Assembly (NCBI GenBank): GCA_965223295.1
Contig: CBDCWC010000003.1
Coordinates: 1,472,001-1,536,000 of the forward strand
Length of the DNA stretch: 64,000 nt
Direction: 5' to 3'
DNA from: Nitrospirales bacterium
Lineage (GTDB): Bacteria > Nitrospirota > Nitrospiria > Nitrospirales > UBA8639
Below the pieces are notes generated by a model that was not told the origin of the DNA, searched no databases, and saw only the letters and a list, made by a program, of their open reading frames with translations. The translations under genes were made by a program, and so were the position numbers. This document shows positions 10,857-21,066 of the stretch, one piece after another (the first letter of the stretch is position 1; each line of letters begins with the position of its first letter).

Positions 10857-11783
10857 ATGACAGACAAAAGCTTTATTCTGGAGTTAGGAAAATTATTGAT
10901 CGCGGCGGCGTGGGCGGATGGCAAACTGTCCACAACTGAAATTAATGGGTTAAAAGAGCTTCTGTTTCAATTGCCAGATATCTCTGGAGATGAATGGATG
11001 GAGCTGGAATTATATATGGCGGCTCCTGTGGGAGAGGCAGAACGTCAACGTCTCTTAGATCGGGTATTAGGACGCATGGGATCTGCGGCAGACAAATCTC
11101 TTGCGTTGGAAACGATTGACAAACTGTTGCCTAGGGGAGCGACTGAAGATGTTCACCAAACAGAGGTGGTTCAACAGCTTCGAAACGATCTTGAACAAGG
11201 CAGTGGGGGATTTCTGGACCATCTTCGGCGACCGTTTCGTCGGATACTCAATTTTCGAGGGCAACAATATTCTGACGAACATGATCGTGAAAGTCGGCTG
11301 GAAGATTTTATTAAGAATACGATTTACTTTCAGGTCACGATGGAAATGCGTGATCGAGGCATCATCATTGATCTTCCCGATATGGACATTCGTAAGCTAT
11401 GTCTCGCCGCAGGGTTGATGGCACGAGTGGCGGGGATCGATCATGTTGTGTCTGCAGAAGAAACCAAAGTCATGGGTGAGGTGATCCGGCGTCATTGGAC
11501 TTTAACGGAAGAACAAGCACAAATTGTCGCGGAAATTAGTCATCACCGGATTTTTCGAGGGCTAGATGCCGTTCGACTTGTGAAACGCTTTAAAGATTTG
11601 ACGACGAGGACGGAGCGAAAGGAGTTTCTCCATTGTTTATTTGAAGTCGCAAATGCGGCCGATCAGACGTCATTTGAGGAAATAGAAGAAATTCGTAGTA
11701 TTGTGAGGGGTATGGATCTCAGCCATCAAGATTTTCTTGATGCCAAGCTGGCGATTCCCCGAGAAGATCGAAAAGGCCTCTAG
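10857..11783 (+). CDS. TerB-family protein with two TerB-like domains
   Basis: AAAWADGKL...E; RVAGID..VS.EE; FEVANAAD...EE. Confidence 0.8.
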   Translation: MTDKSFILELGKLLIAAAWADGKLSTTEINGLKELLFQLPDISGDEWMELELYMAAPVGEAERQRLLDRVLGRMGSAADKSLALETIDKLLPRGATEDVHQTEVVQQLRNDLEQGSGGFLDHLRRPFRRILNFRGQQYSDEHDRESRLEDFIKNTIYFQVTMEMRDRGIIIDLPDMDIRKLCLAAGLMARVAGIDHVVSAEETKVMGEVIRRHWTLTEEQAQIVAEISHHRIFRGLDAVRLVKRFKDLTTRTERKEFLHCLFEVANAADQTSFEEIEEIRSIVRGMDLSHQDFLDAKLAIPREDRKGL

Positions 11784-11926
11784 AACCTTTCGATCAGAGT
11801 AAAGAAACCGATAGATGTTCAAGCAATTCTGCAACTATTCTGTTTATTCATAGTGTCGGACAAAAAAACATTCCGTCTCTGTCGCAATAATGAAGAATGC
11901 GATGCAGACGTTGTAGGATGTGACAT

Positions 11927-12790
11927 TCACTGGGCTCTTAGGCTATGAGATATACTTGGAGCCCAACCAGACATGACACAGCGTTGTGCGATCAAAGGAG
12001 TAAAGCTTGCCGTATCTTCGGCGATGCTCTGCATAAATGATTTTGCTAATTCTTCATCGGTGAAGCATTCATAGACATCATCTAGAAAGCCGCCGCGTAG
12101 TAGCGGATGATAAAGAAATTCCTCTCCTGCCTCGGTTACAACTTCCAACTGGTATTCGGCCACTTGGATGCGATGTAGCCCACCCGATCGTAACCACTTA
12201 CGCGCTTCAGTTGCTGAAGGCCGTTCCTCTCTATATTCCTTAAATTTCTGCCGTTCTGCACTCAACTCTCTTGCTCGCATCTCTTGATCAATCCGCTGCC
12301 ATAAAGAATCAAATGTCCCAAGCGAGGGGAAGGTGAGGACAAGTTGACCTCCAGGCTTAAGAAAGTTGATCAATTGATGTAAGACAGTTTCTCGATCAGG
12401 TCGAAAAAACATGAAAGAGAGATTGCCGGTTATGCGATCGAATGCACCGAGATCTTCCGGTAAACGTTTAACGTCTTCTCTGCGAAACTTTAGCCAAGGA
12501 AAGAAAGGCCCTTGAACACCTCGAGCTCTCATCAGTTGTAACTCATTGATATCGATGGCCAGCACCTGGCCCGTTGAACCTGTTTGATGAGCAAGAAAGA
12601 AGGCTGGAATACCATCTCCACAATTCACATCAAGAATCGTTAATCCAGTTTGAAGATCAAGATGTCTCAGAAGGCTTTCGGCAAATGGTCGAGACCACGG
12701 ATCTTTTTTGGGTAGATCGCAAAGCCACGATGGCGGTGTTGGGTAAGAAAAGGGAGTGGGCATCATCATTGTTTGTTGAGCTATCGACAA
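11927..12790 (-). CDS. class I SAM-dependent methyltransferase
   Basis: ILDVNCGDG, VLAID, FD, LKPGG. Confidence 0.88.
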   Translation of the reverse strand: MSIAQQTMMMPTPFSYPTPPSWLCDLPKKDPWSRPFAESLLRHLDLQTGLTILDVNCGDGIPAFFLAHQTGSTGQVLAIDINELQLMRARGVQGPFFPWLKFRREDVKRLPEDLGAFDRITGNLSFMFFRPDRETVLHQLINFLKPGGQLVLTFPSLGTFDSLWQRIDQEMRARELSAERQKFKEYREERPSATEARKWLRSGGLHRIQVAEYQLEVVTEAGEEFLYHPLLRGGFLDDVYECFTDEELAKSFMQSIAEDTASFTPLIAQRCVMSGWAPSISHSLRAQ

Positions 12791-13036
12791 CGTTCAACAT
12801 ATCGAATGCGGCGAACAATAGTGGAGAGCTATTTTTCAGAAAGGCTAGCCCGTGAGCATGAATTTACCAACCATTTGCCTGCTTCCCATTTTTTATGGGC
12901 AGTTCGTAGGCTTCCGCATTGGCTGGCAGAAACGCTTCCCGCTATGTGGATTGGATCTTCTGTTCATCAATCCATTGGGCACAATGTCGGTCAGAGGGGT
13001 AGAAGGCCAAGTTATCACTGTCGTCATCGCTCTTCT

Positions 13037-14335
13037 TTACTCAGGAATATAGGCGTAGTGGTCTTGACCTTCAACCGTTACCTGATGGAGCAGGGTATTG
13101 GTCTCGTCCAACCATTCAATCTGAACGGATGGATTCGGACCTTCTGGTTGAACCGTGATCTTACCATAATTCCGGGAAGCTTCATGAAAAAACTCAAACC
13201 GTGGTTCCCGACTACTTATTTGATAGTTCATGGGAGCTGCTAAGGGGCCAAAGATAAATTCCCGGGCACCAGAATTATGAGGCATTCGGCTGACTGAGGC
13301 ATGGTGTACATCGCCTGCAAGAAAAATAACACCAGGAATGTGTTTTTCTTCAATGAATCCTAAAATTTCATCACGCTCGTCTGGAAATTCTCCCCATTTA
13401 TCTTCCCGAGGATCGGAAAAAGGCACGGATGACACGATAAACTTAAAGGTCGCGGATGAAGAGCCTAATTGCTGAATCAGCCATTCTTTTTGCTCTCGAC
13501 CCAACATTGTTCCAGTTTTTCTATCTCGGTACTGGCGGCCATCTAACAAAAACAATTCTACGCCTTTTCCCCATCGGACAGAGCGATATAAGCGATGAGA
13601 ATTCAGTTCTGTTTGACGAACCGGCCAATAATCCAAAAAGGCCTGCCGCCCCACGGACAAATGTTGATGATCCATGGTGAAATTGCTGTCAACTTCATGA
13701 TCGTCCCACATCACAAAGAGGCTAGTAGTGGCAAATAGTTGCTTAGCAAACCCGTCTCGGTTTTCGGCATACTTTCGCCAATAATCCGGCAAGGTCCGAG
13801 CAGGCTGTCCTTTATCGGCATAGATCGTATCACCCATATACACAAAGAAATCAGGTTGCGCGGCACGCATAAAATCCATAATGGAAAATGGTCGAAAACT
13901 ATTGCGCGTATCTCCTCCAATGACAAACGTAACCGGGGCAGGACTATCTGAGTGAGGAGCGGTTTTAAATTGGCAAACTGGCCCTCGTTTTTTTCCGGGA
14001 ACCACCATACGATAGAGATACTGAGTCTGTGGAGTCAGATCTGTGAGAGGAATCCGAGCGGTAAAGTCTCTTTCAGCACTGGTGGAGACTAATAATGTTT
14101 CTTGAGAATTCTTCCATGCCTGATCAGTCCCATACAGAATTTTGACGTCTTGTGCCCCTTGAGTTTTCACCCAGACCAACGCTTCGTTCGACGTGACTTC
14201 TCCAACGGCACAGCCCATTTCCAAACCATTTGATTTAAAGACATTCATTTCTTCAATAGAAACACATCCTCCGAGTACAAGAATAAATCCTAGTCCACAT
14301 AAGCTCCGAATCCAGCTATCACATAAGTTCTTCAT
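13037..14335 (-). CDS. phoD: PhoD-family alkaline phosphatase, lipoprotein
   Basis: lipobox LGGC; GDTIYAD, WDDHE, LDGRQYR, GDVH. Confidence 0.88.
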   Translation of the reverse strand: MKNLCDSWIRSLCGLGFILVLGGCVSIEEMNVFKSNGLEMGCAVGEVTSNEALVWVKTQGAQDVKILYGTDQAWKNSQETLLVSTSAERDFTARIPLTDLTPQTQYLYRMVVPGKKRGPVCQFKTAPHSDSPAPVTFVIGGDTRNSFRPFSIMDFMRAAQPDFFVYMGDTIYADKGQPARTLPDYWRKYAENRDGFAKQLFATTSLFVMWDDHEVDSNFTMDHQHLSVGRQAFLDYWPVRQTELNSHRLYRSVRWGKGVELFLLDGRQYRDRKTGTMLGREQKEWLIQQLGSSSATFKFIVSSVPFSDPREDKWGEFPDERDEILGFIEEKHIPGVIFLAGDVHHASVSRMPHNSGAREFIFGPLAAPMNYQISSREPRFEFFHEASRNYGKITVQPEGPNPSVQIEWLDETNTLLHQVTVEGQDHYAYIPE

Positions 14336-14538
14336 TGATTCGACCCCTTTTGAAAGACAAAAAATTGTTCTGATCTATTCAAGCTTGGACTATCATTGTC
14401 ACGGCTGTATGTCTCTGACAATCCGTCTTTCGAGTGAGGCTATGATTTCCGCAGGTGACCATCCCATTGGGCATTGGGATCTTTTGCTTTTTTGTTTTTC
14501 ATTGGTGTTGATCTTTCCCTAATCGTGACCATTCAATT

Positions 14539-15102
14539 ATGATTAACGGTATGAAGATTTATTTTGGTCTGCTCAATCATTGGTGGCGATCATGCAGTTT
14601 TTTATGCACGATAGCTTTTCTCGGGTTTGTTCTTGAGGAGACTGCTTTGGGAAAATCATACGAACAACAAGAAATCAGCACTTGGACATTCCTCGTGGCT
14701 ATGAATTCCACACCGTTTTCCTCAATGCAGTCCAGGCCAAAACTCCCTGTTGAGCCGGACGAATTCGATCCTCGGGAGATCAAAGCGTACTATGATTGGC
14801 GTAGTGATATGTTTTTTAGAGAGTTTGATTTAAACGGCTCAGGGTCAACCAATTTTATGACGGCCCGTCGCACGTACGAAGTGTGGATCGATGAATTTGG
14901 AACACCTGTTGTCATAACGATGGGTGACCCGGTGTTCTATTGGATAGATCTGAATGGGAACGGTAAGTTTGAACAGGAACAGGGAGAAATGTTTAAAGAT
15001 TCTTATGAAGACGGCGTGACGGGAAACGAAGAACCTTATGACAATAGTGATATTCAAGAGCCGGCCGGACCAGGCCCCCTTTGGACTCCACCTCAACGTT
15101 AA
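14539..15102 (+). CDS. hypothetical exported protein with Dx[DN]xxG loops
   Basis: signal-like N-terminus; FDLNGSG and IDLNGNG motifs; acidic. Confidence 0.7.
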   Translation: MINGMKIYFGLLNHWWRSCSFLCTIAFLGFVLEETALGKSYEQQEISTWTFLVAMNSTPFSSMQSRPKLPVEPDEFDPREIKAYYDWRSDMFFREFDLNGSGSTNFMTARRTYEVWIDEFGTPVVITMGDPVFYWIDLNGNGKFEQEQGEMFKDSYEDGVTGNEEPYDNSDIQEPAGPGPLWTPPQR

Positions 15103-15210
15103 GATGCTAGGCAATCTTTCGAGAGCTGCCCATAAGTAAAATACGACTGACTCTAAAGAAAACCGTCTTCTCTGATGAGAAAACGGTTTACAAAACTTCC
15201 TGTTTTTCTT

Positions 15211-16014
15211 CTATTCAGAAAAAGTAATTTCAGTTTGTAATGTTTCATCAGGCCCGACCTGGACTTTCTGTTCTTGAATTCCAAGCGTAGGATGCCATAC
15301 ACGAAGAATATATTGTCCTGAGGGAATCTCTTCAATGGCAAATTGTCCATTAGAATCCGAAATAGCAAAATAAGGATTATTCACCACATACAGCCAATTC
15401 TGCATAAAATCATGCCGATTACAAATAACTCGCACCAGCCGACTTTCCTTGAGTTTTTCAGAATCAAACGTACGGTTGAAGGCCTTACCTGGTTGAATAT
15501 CTCGATTATGCAGAGTGCGTAAGACACTTCCTCTGCTGTCCATCGACACAAATGTATGAAGCACATGCTTAACCGAGTCCCCGTTACTAAACCGCACGGA
15601 CTCGTCAGCGGTGATCACTCCTGTCAGGGGCCCGAAATTGCAATTCTCCGTATTCACTTCTAATCCCAATATTTCTCCACCTCTATGCTTAAACGTTCCT
15701 CGTCCGGGCGCACTTCCGCGAAACATCTGCTCCGCGAAAGGCTTCCCAGACTTTATTCCCTCTAGAATGATCACAGCCCCTTTGAGCAAGCCATTCTCGG
15801 TCTCAACCTTTACCAAACTTCTTTGCTGACCACAGACCTCTGGATTCTTTTCCACCTCAATCTGTAAGGGACTTGGAGGATTTCCTAAAAACATAACCTT
15901 GCCACTTATTGTCGCCCCTTCTTTCACTTCCATGACTTCATAGGCTTGAGTCATGGTAGGCCAGTTCATGAAAACAATGGTGGCAATGAGTAAGTATTTT
16001 AAAGTGTTATTCAT
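15211..16014 (-). CDS. exported carboxypeptidase-regulatory-like / cupredoxin-like domain protein
   Basis: signal peptide; ISGKV, C.F.P, N.D...H..H, CNRHDFM, NPYFAISD..G.F.I..IP.G.Y...WHP.LG. Confidence 0.8.
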   Translation of the reverse strand: MNNTLKYLLIATIVFMNWPTMTQAYEVMEVKEGATISGKVMFLGNPPSPLQIEVEKNPEVCGQQRSLVKVETENGLLKGAVIILEGIKSGKPFAEQMFRGSAPGRGTFKHRGGEILGLEVNTENCNFGPLTGVITADESVRFSNGDSVKHVLHTFVSMDSRGSVLRTLHNRDIQPGKAFNRTFDSEKLKESRLVRVICNRHDFMQNWLYVVNNPYFAISDSNGQFAIEEIPSGQYILRVWHPTLGIQEQKVQVGPDETLQTEITFSE

Positions 16015-16052
16015 AGGAGTCGTCCTCCATCCATCCTCAGCCAGAGATTCCC

Positions 16053-17210
16053 TTAGTTGATGATCTGCCAGCCGACAAAAAAGGTATAGTCGGATTCTAA
16101 CTGTGGGCCATCAAGTTTTTGATAAATAGGTACACCAAATTCAAAACCCAAGTGGTTTTCATAACCCAGTACTTCAGGGAAAAGAACATTGAACCCACCA
16201 AAAATATCTAGTCGTTCTCCGGCTCGACGATTGGGGTCAGCCGTATGGACGATTCGAACACCTGCGGGATTTCTTTGTGCAATATTGGGATCTTCTCCTT
16301 CATAATTCGACCAATCTTTCCATTTGAAGCGAAACGACGTACTGAGCCATTCAATCCATCGATAGGCTCCCCAGGCGTTTATCTCATACTCGTCTCCCAT
16401 TGCATAGCCTTGATTGTTGTCCCCGAGGCGGATAGTGCCAATAGCCTGCAATCCCCAACTGGCATTATTCAAATTACCGCCATAGGTTAACCCGGGAAAT
16501 AAGTCCACGGTTCCGGACCCTAACTGCATGGGATAAGGAAGCCGGACCACACCTAACGGCGTGGCGCCTTGAGCTTTGATGTCTCCCGTAGGCAATCCGA
16601 CTGCGGCATTTAAATGAAAGCGATGCGATCCAATACTTGGGGTTTCAAATGCATAGAGGCGAATGAGTGAGCCTAACCGAATATCTCCAAACCCACTTGA
16701 TTTGGTCGTGAATTTCCCACCTGCTCTCGTGACATGGTCCATAGATTTGAGGACATAGGGAATCATGGCCGTGAGTGTTACGGTTTGATTCAAGCCATAC
16801 ATAAATCCAAACATATGCATTTGGGTCGTCATTTCGGTTGGTGTGACAATAAAATCGTCCAAGACATCCGATTTTGATAGATTTTTGGTCCCGTCACGAT
16901 TGCCTTCCATGAACATGCGCATGAATCTGTAGGAGAACATGAATTCCCCTTCATTATGCGTATGATCACCCATAGCTCCAATTGGGCCATGAGAGTCAGG
17001 ACGTTCAGCCGGATAAAAATTCCCAATAACCAGCTGTTCCCCTTTGGCCTGAGCCCGTTTTCCCATACTTTCCTCAAAGCCACCCATGACTTCATCAAGC
17101 AGCGCAGCCTCCACGACTGTTCCACTGCCTCCCATAACCAATGTCCCGACTAAGAAGCCAAAACCAACTGTTCGAATACCAGATAATAATTTAGAAGTTC
17201 TGAAATCCAT
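16053..17210 (-). CDS. outer-membrane beta-barrel 'transporter' family, His/Met-rich N-terminus
   Basis: RPDSHGPIGAMGDHTH, MHMFGFMYG, GFGD, LPYPMQLGSGT, DGPQ. Confidence 0.85.
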   Translation of the reverse strand: MDFRTSKLLSGIRTVGFGFLVGTLVMGGSGTVVEAALLDEVMGGFEESMGKRAQAKGEQLVIGNFYPAERPDSHGPIGAMGDHTHNEGEFMFSYRFMRMFMEGNRDGTKNLSKSDVLDDFIVTPTEMTTQMHMFGFMYGLNQTVTLTAMIPYVLKSMDHVTRAGGKFTTKSSGFGDIRLGSLIRLYAFETPSIGSHRFHLNAAVGLPTGDIKAQGATPLGVVRLPYPMQLGSGTVDLFPGLTYGGNLNNASWGLQAIGTIRLGDNNQGYAMGDEYEINAWGAYRWIEWLSTSFRFKWKDWSNYEGEDPNIAQRNPAGVRIVHTADPNRRAGERLDIFGGFNVLFPEVLGYENHLGFEFGVPIYQKLDGPQLESDYTFFVGWQIIN

Positions 17211-17393
17211 CCTACAACTTCTCCTTACCTAATAAATAAAGCCAATAAAAATACTCAAATCTATAGCAACTGATACTACCGACAGATCCAGTCTTTCTCG
17301 CATACATAAAAAATTGCTTCGACACCAAGCAACATGTGGCGACGAAGAAAACGCTGAATTCAGACTTGTGAGAGAAAAAGGGAATGCTTGGGA

Positions 17394-17696
17394 CTAGACA
17401 GATGGGGGCGCACGAGAAGAGGAGTGGATAACGATTGAGGATGTATGGGCTACAGGCTCCTCAATTTGCATCCCAAGAAACGAGACGATTGGAGAAGCCA
17501 CAACGACCAGTTCCGCACTATGAACTTGACCGGCTGCGCAATACCAGCTACACAGTGTCGTCGCATGGGTGGCAGAGGTATGATGATGTGTATGTTGAGA
17601 GATATGCCCAACAGTTTGCGCAGACAGAATGCCCCCAACCACGAGAAGCAGGGCAACGAAACTGAGGACAAGAAATGGAGATCGTAAGTTTCGCAT
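17394..17696 (-). CDS. DUF2946-like His/Cys-rich leader protein with C-terminal RAPP motif
   Basis: signal peptide, HTHHHTSATH, CSWYC, ends SSRAPPSV. Confidence 0.78.
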   Translation of the reverse strand: MRNLRSPFLVLSFVALLLVVGGILSAQTVGHISQHTHHHTSATHATTLCSWYCAAGQVHSAELVVVASPIVSFLGMQIEEPVAHTSSIVIHSSSRAPPSV

Positions 17697-18089
17697 AACA
17701 GGTCGAAAATTTAGGGAAGATATATTAGTGCATCACTGTACTCATTTCAAGCTTTAGTCTTATCCTACCATTCTACGCAGAACCTATGGAACAATTCTCC
17801 CTTCTATGTCCCCACTATCAAATGTGAAGGCAATAGCTTTAGAATAAGGACACAAGATCTAAAAGAAACTTATTCATCATGACGCAAGCTGATCTACCCC
17901 AAAGATCCGATGAAACACCAAGGCTGGCTAAGCCGCGTATTCAGACGCAGATTCACCGTCGGCAAAAGGCAAAAGCCGTCCCGCCAATGGCCGATGAATG
18001 GGATGACCAATCGAAAGTCCCTCCCAAACTTCGCACTCTCTCCTCAAAAATGAAAAAGTCTTGAATGATCCTCCAGCTGGCTTGGACAC

Positions 18090-18123
18090 AAAAAAACCCG
18101 TGAGGGTCAAGTCCCCACGGGTT
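18090..18123 (-). terminator. intrinsic terminator
   Basis: minus strand AACCCGTGGGG-loop-CCTCACGGGTT followed by a T-run, about 50 bp after the stop at 18172. Confidence 0.75.
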
Positions 18124-18171
18124 AAAGAAATGCTACGAGAGTCTCCGAGACGAAGAAGACCCTTAGACCTG

Positions 18172-18639
18172 TTATCGGCGACTGCCTCCACGATGGCTAC
18201 GACCTCCTCGACCCTCTATTCTTCCTCGGAAATTTCCTCTACCTCGATCGTTTTTCCATCTATGGCCACGGTTAAACCGTCGTGGGGGAGCAAAATGGCG
18301 ACGATGTCCATAATATCTTGGGGGTTTCCTAAAGTGTCGAGGCCCATGCCGACCATAATATCTAGGTGGATATCCATAGACAGGGCCATAGCTGTAGTAT
18401 GGAACCCCAAGACCTAACCGGAAGCCTCCAGGACCTATGTGAATCGACAGGCCAGTGAAATGAATGGATCCTGACGAGACTTTGGCATGAGGCACTCTCT
18501 CAGCCCAAGCCGGAGAAAACGCCAAAAAAGAAAGAGCCAGCATACTTGCAGCCAGAACCATCTTTCTCCCTTCTAAAAAAGGATATTTGGTTGAGTGATA
18601 TTTTTTCCCATTCTGTGAGGTCAATTTCATAATGTTCAT
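18172..18639 (-). CDS. exported Gly/Arg/His/Tyr-rich low-complexity protein
   Basis: AGGAG RBS before ATG 18639; signal-like segment ending PAWA; followed by a terminator. Confidence 0.7.
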   Translation of the reverse strand: MNIMKLTSQNGKKYHSTKYPFLEGRKMVLAASMLALSFLAFSPAWAERVPHAKVSSGSIHFTGLSIHIGPGGFRLGLGVPYYSYGPVYGYPPRYYGRHGPRHFRKPPRYYGHRRHFAPPRRFNRGHRWKNDRGRGNFRGRIEGRGGRSHRGGSRR

Positions 18640-18916
18640 GGGGTATCTCCTACAAATAAAAAAAAATGAATATGTTCCCCTGAGATTTCGTTCTCCATCA
18701 TTTCTGACTAGAAAGAGCCAACGATCTATCATAATAACACTTATCATTATAATAGTCAATATGACTATTAAAACAAGTTCTTAATGTTATCCAAAAAGAT
18801 TTCTAATTCAATAGAAACAATGCATTGCATTAGAATTAACTAAGTAGTAAGCTTTATGCGAATCAAGCGTGTAAACCTTGAGTTAAACAGCACAATCAAT
18901 AGAAAAAAGGACATGT

Positions 18917-19291
18917 ATGAAACATTTTTCTGACAAGGAAGTCGGGCGTTATATCGAGGCTATCAATAAAGAAGCGGCCCAAGTGTGGATTAATGCCTTT
19001 GCCAGGGAGCCCAAACTGCAACAAAGTTACTATTGGACGTTGTTTTCAGAATTGTTCTTAAAACAGCTCAATAACATTCCAGTCAGTATGAGCGACGCAG
19101 AAAAAATGATCCCTCAACTGTCCGCCTCTCAGGCAAGACGGGCGATTCACAATGCTAAAGCCTCGAAATACCTGGAAATTTCAGCCACCGGTGAGCGTAC
19201 AAAATATGTCCGGCTGTCTCCCAAAACAGAAGAGCTCATCCGAATGACGAGTTCCAAAGCCCTCCAAAGTTTGAACGGGATCTTCGGGTAG
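18917..19291 (+). CDS. winged-helix DNA-binding protein (MarR-like)
   Basis: AAGGA RBS; SASQARRAI...YLEI..GERTKYVRLSPK wing. Confidence 0.7.
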   Translation: MKHFSDKEVGRYIEAINKEAAQVWINAFAREPKLQQSYYWTLFSELFLKQLNNIPVSMSDAEKMIPQLSASQARRAIHNAKASKYLEISATGERTKYVRLSPKTEELIRMTSSKALQSLNGIFG

Positions 19292-19607
19292 AAATATCGT
19301 GGTTATGCTTTTTTAAGGCATGGGGTCCAAGAAAACCGGTTCTCTAGGGCTCTTCTGTACAAGTGGATACACACAAGATAACTTCCAAAACACTTACTGC
19401 CAGAAGGGCCATACCCTGAATCACTCCCTAACCACTCTCTAGCAATTCTCTTGTATTTCCACATTTTTCAGCTTGACTAGACCCAGAGGTGTTTAGGTCT
19501 TTTGTTGCATTGATTCACAAAAAATTTGGGTGCTACTATGCTCGGTCCTAGTGTCTCTAGCACAACTTTGGTGCGGAACGTTCAATTTTGTTTTGGAGGG
19601 TCACCAG

Positions 19608-19991
19608 GTGTCCGGGTCGGACCTTCTTCTTGACTACTTAACAAAGTTCTTTCCCATTGTACTCTTCATGATCCTGGCATTGGGATTTGGACTGGTGACG
19701 CTCGTCCTCTCTTACCTAGCGCAACCCAAGTATCCCGAAGAAGAAAAGCTTTCAACATATGAATGCGGATCGGAACCCTTTTCGGATTCTCGAATGCCCT
19801 TTCCAGTACGGTATTATGTGATCGCGATGCTGTTTGTGATTTTTGATATCGAAGTCATCTTCCTCTATCCTTGGGCCATTACATTCAAGGATTTGGGAGT
19901 CATCGGATTTATCGAAATGATGATTTTTATTGGGCTGTTTGTCGTGGCCTATGTCTATGCCTGGCGGAAAGGGGCCCTGGAATGGGATTAG
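19608..19991 (+). CDS. nuoA: NADH-quinone oxidoreductase subunit A
   Basis: [37 protein letters not shown] before GTG 19608. Confidence 0.95.
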   Translation: MSGSDLLLDYLTKFFPIVLFMILALGFGLVTLVLSYLAQPKYPEEEKLSTYECGSEPFSDSRMPFPVRYYVIAMLFVIFDIEVIFLYPWAITFKDLGVIGFIEMMIFIGLFVVAYVYAWRKGALEWD

Positions 19992-20497
19992 TTCAAATTG
20001 GGCCTCCAACCAAAGATGGAGACTTGGGCGTCATGACGCTCTCGCTGGAAAAAGCTGTCAATTGGGCGCGGAAAGGCTCATTGTGGCCCATGACCTTCGG
20101 TTTAGCCTGTTGCGCGATTGAAATGATTGCAGCGGTCTCGTCCCGCTATGACATCGATCGGTATGGCGCGGGGGTGTTTCGCGCATCCCCTCGCCAATCT
20201 GATCTGATGATTGTGGCCGGAACTGTCTGTCGGCGCATGGCTCCCGTTATTCGTAAAATATACGATCAAATGCCCGAACCCAAATATGTGATTTCCATGG
20301 GGTCCTGCGCGACTTCTGGGAATATTTATGACAGCTATAGCGTCGTCCAGGGCGTCGACCGGTTTGTTCCAGTAGACATTTACGTCCCTGGTTGTCCTCC
20401 AACTCCAGAAGCATTATTTGATGGAATCTTCAAACTGCAAGATCGGATCATGGAAAAACGCGTGTTCACGAAACAACCCGACCAGGTGAAAGTGTAA
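19982..20497 (+). CDS. nuoB: NADH-quinone oxidoreductase subunit B
   Basis: [24 protein letters not shown]; overlaps the nuoA stop. Confidence 0.96.
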   Translation: MGLVQIGPPTKDGDLGVMTLSLEKAVNWARKGSLWPMTFGLACCAIEMIAAVSSRYDIDRYGAGVFRASPRQSDLMIVAGTVCRRMAPVIRKIYDQMPEPKYVISMGSCATSGNIYDSYSVVQGVDRFVPVDIYVPGCPPTPEALFDGIFKLQDRIMEKRVFTKQPDQVKV

Positions 20498-20535
20498 GCA
20501 TGAGAAGAGCCACATCATTAACGAGGAGGCTCACC

Positions 20536-21066
20536 ATGAGTTCCTTTCTGACATTGGTTTTATCGTGTCTCGTTTTCATATTCCCGACAGTTACTTTTGC
20601 AGAAAAATCACAGGAAATGCCCCCGCCTTATGAAGGCAGTGATGCTCTCAAAGCCATAAAATCGTTAGCGGGAACCTGGGAAGGTACACATGTGATGCAC
20701 GGAAAAGAGGTCCCTGGAAAAATTGAATATAAAGTGTCCTCAAATGGGAGTACTGTTGTAGAAACCATGTTTCCTGGCAGTCCACATGAGATGGTGAACG
20801 TCTACCACGACAAAAGCGGAACGCTGGCGATGACGCATTATTGTTCCGTTGGCAATCAACCTCACTTGGATCTCACGGCCATGAAAGAGAATCGCCTTTC
20901 GTTTTCACTCTCATCGAAGGACAACGAGGATCTTGGGAATGAGGGGCATATGCATGACCTCACAATCACCATGATTGATGGCAATCATATCAAGCAGGAA
21001 TGGTCTTATTTTGAGAAGGGTGGAAATGCTGGAGGCACCACCTTTACATTGGCGCGTACGAATTAG
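20536..21066 (+). CDS. exported hypothetical beta-rich protein inside the nuo operon
   Basis: GAGGAGG RBS before ATG 20536; signal peptide; LAGTWEG, THYCSVGNQP, GHMH. Confidence 0.85.
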   Translation: MSSFLTLVLSCLVFIFPTVTFAEKSQEMPPPYEGSDALKAIKSLAGTWEGTHVMHGKEVPGKIEYKVSSNGSTVVETMFPGSPHEMVNVYHDKSGTLAMTHYCSVGNQPHLDLTAMKENRLSFSLSSKDNEDLGNEGHMHDLTITMIDGNHIKQEWSYFEKGGNAGGTTFTLARTN

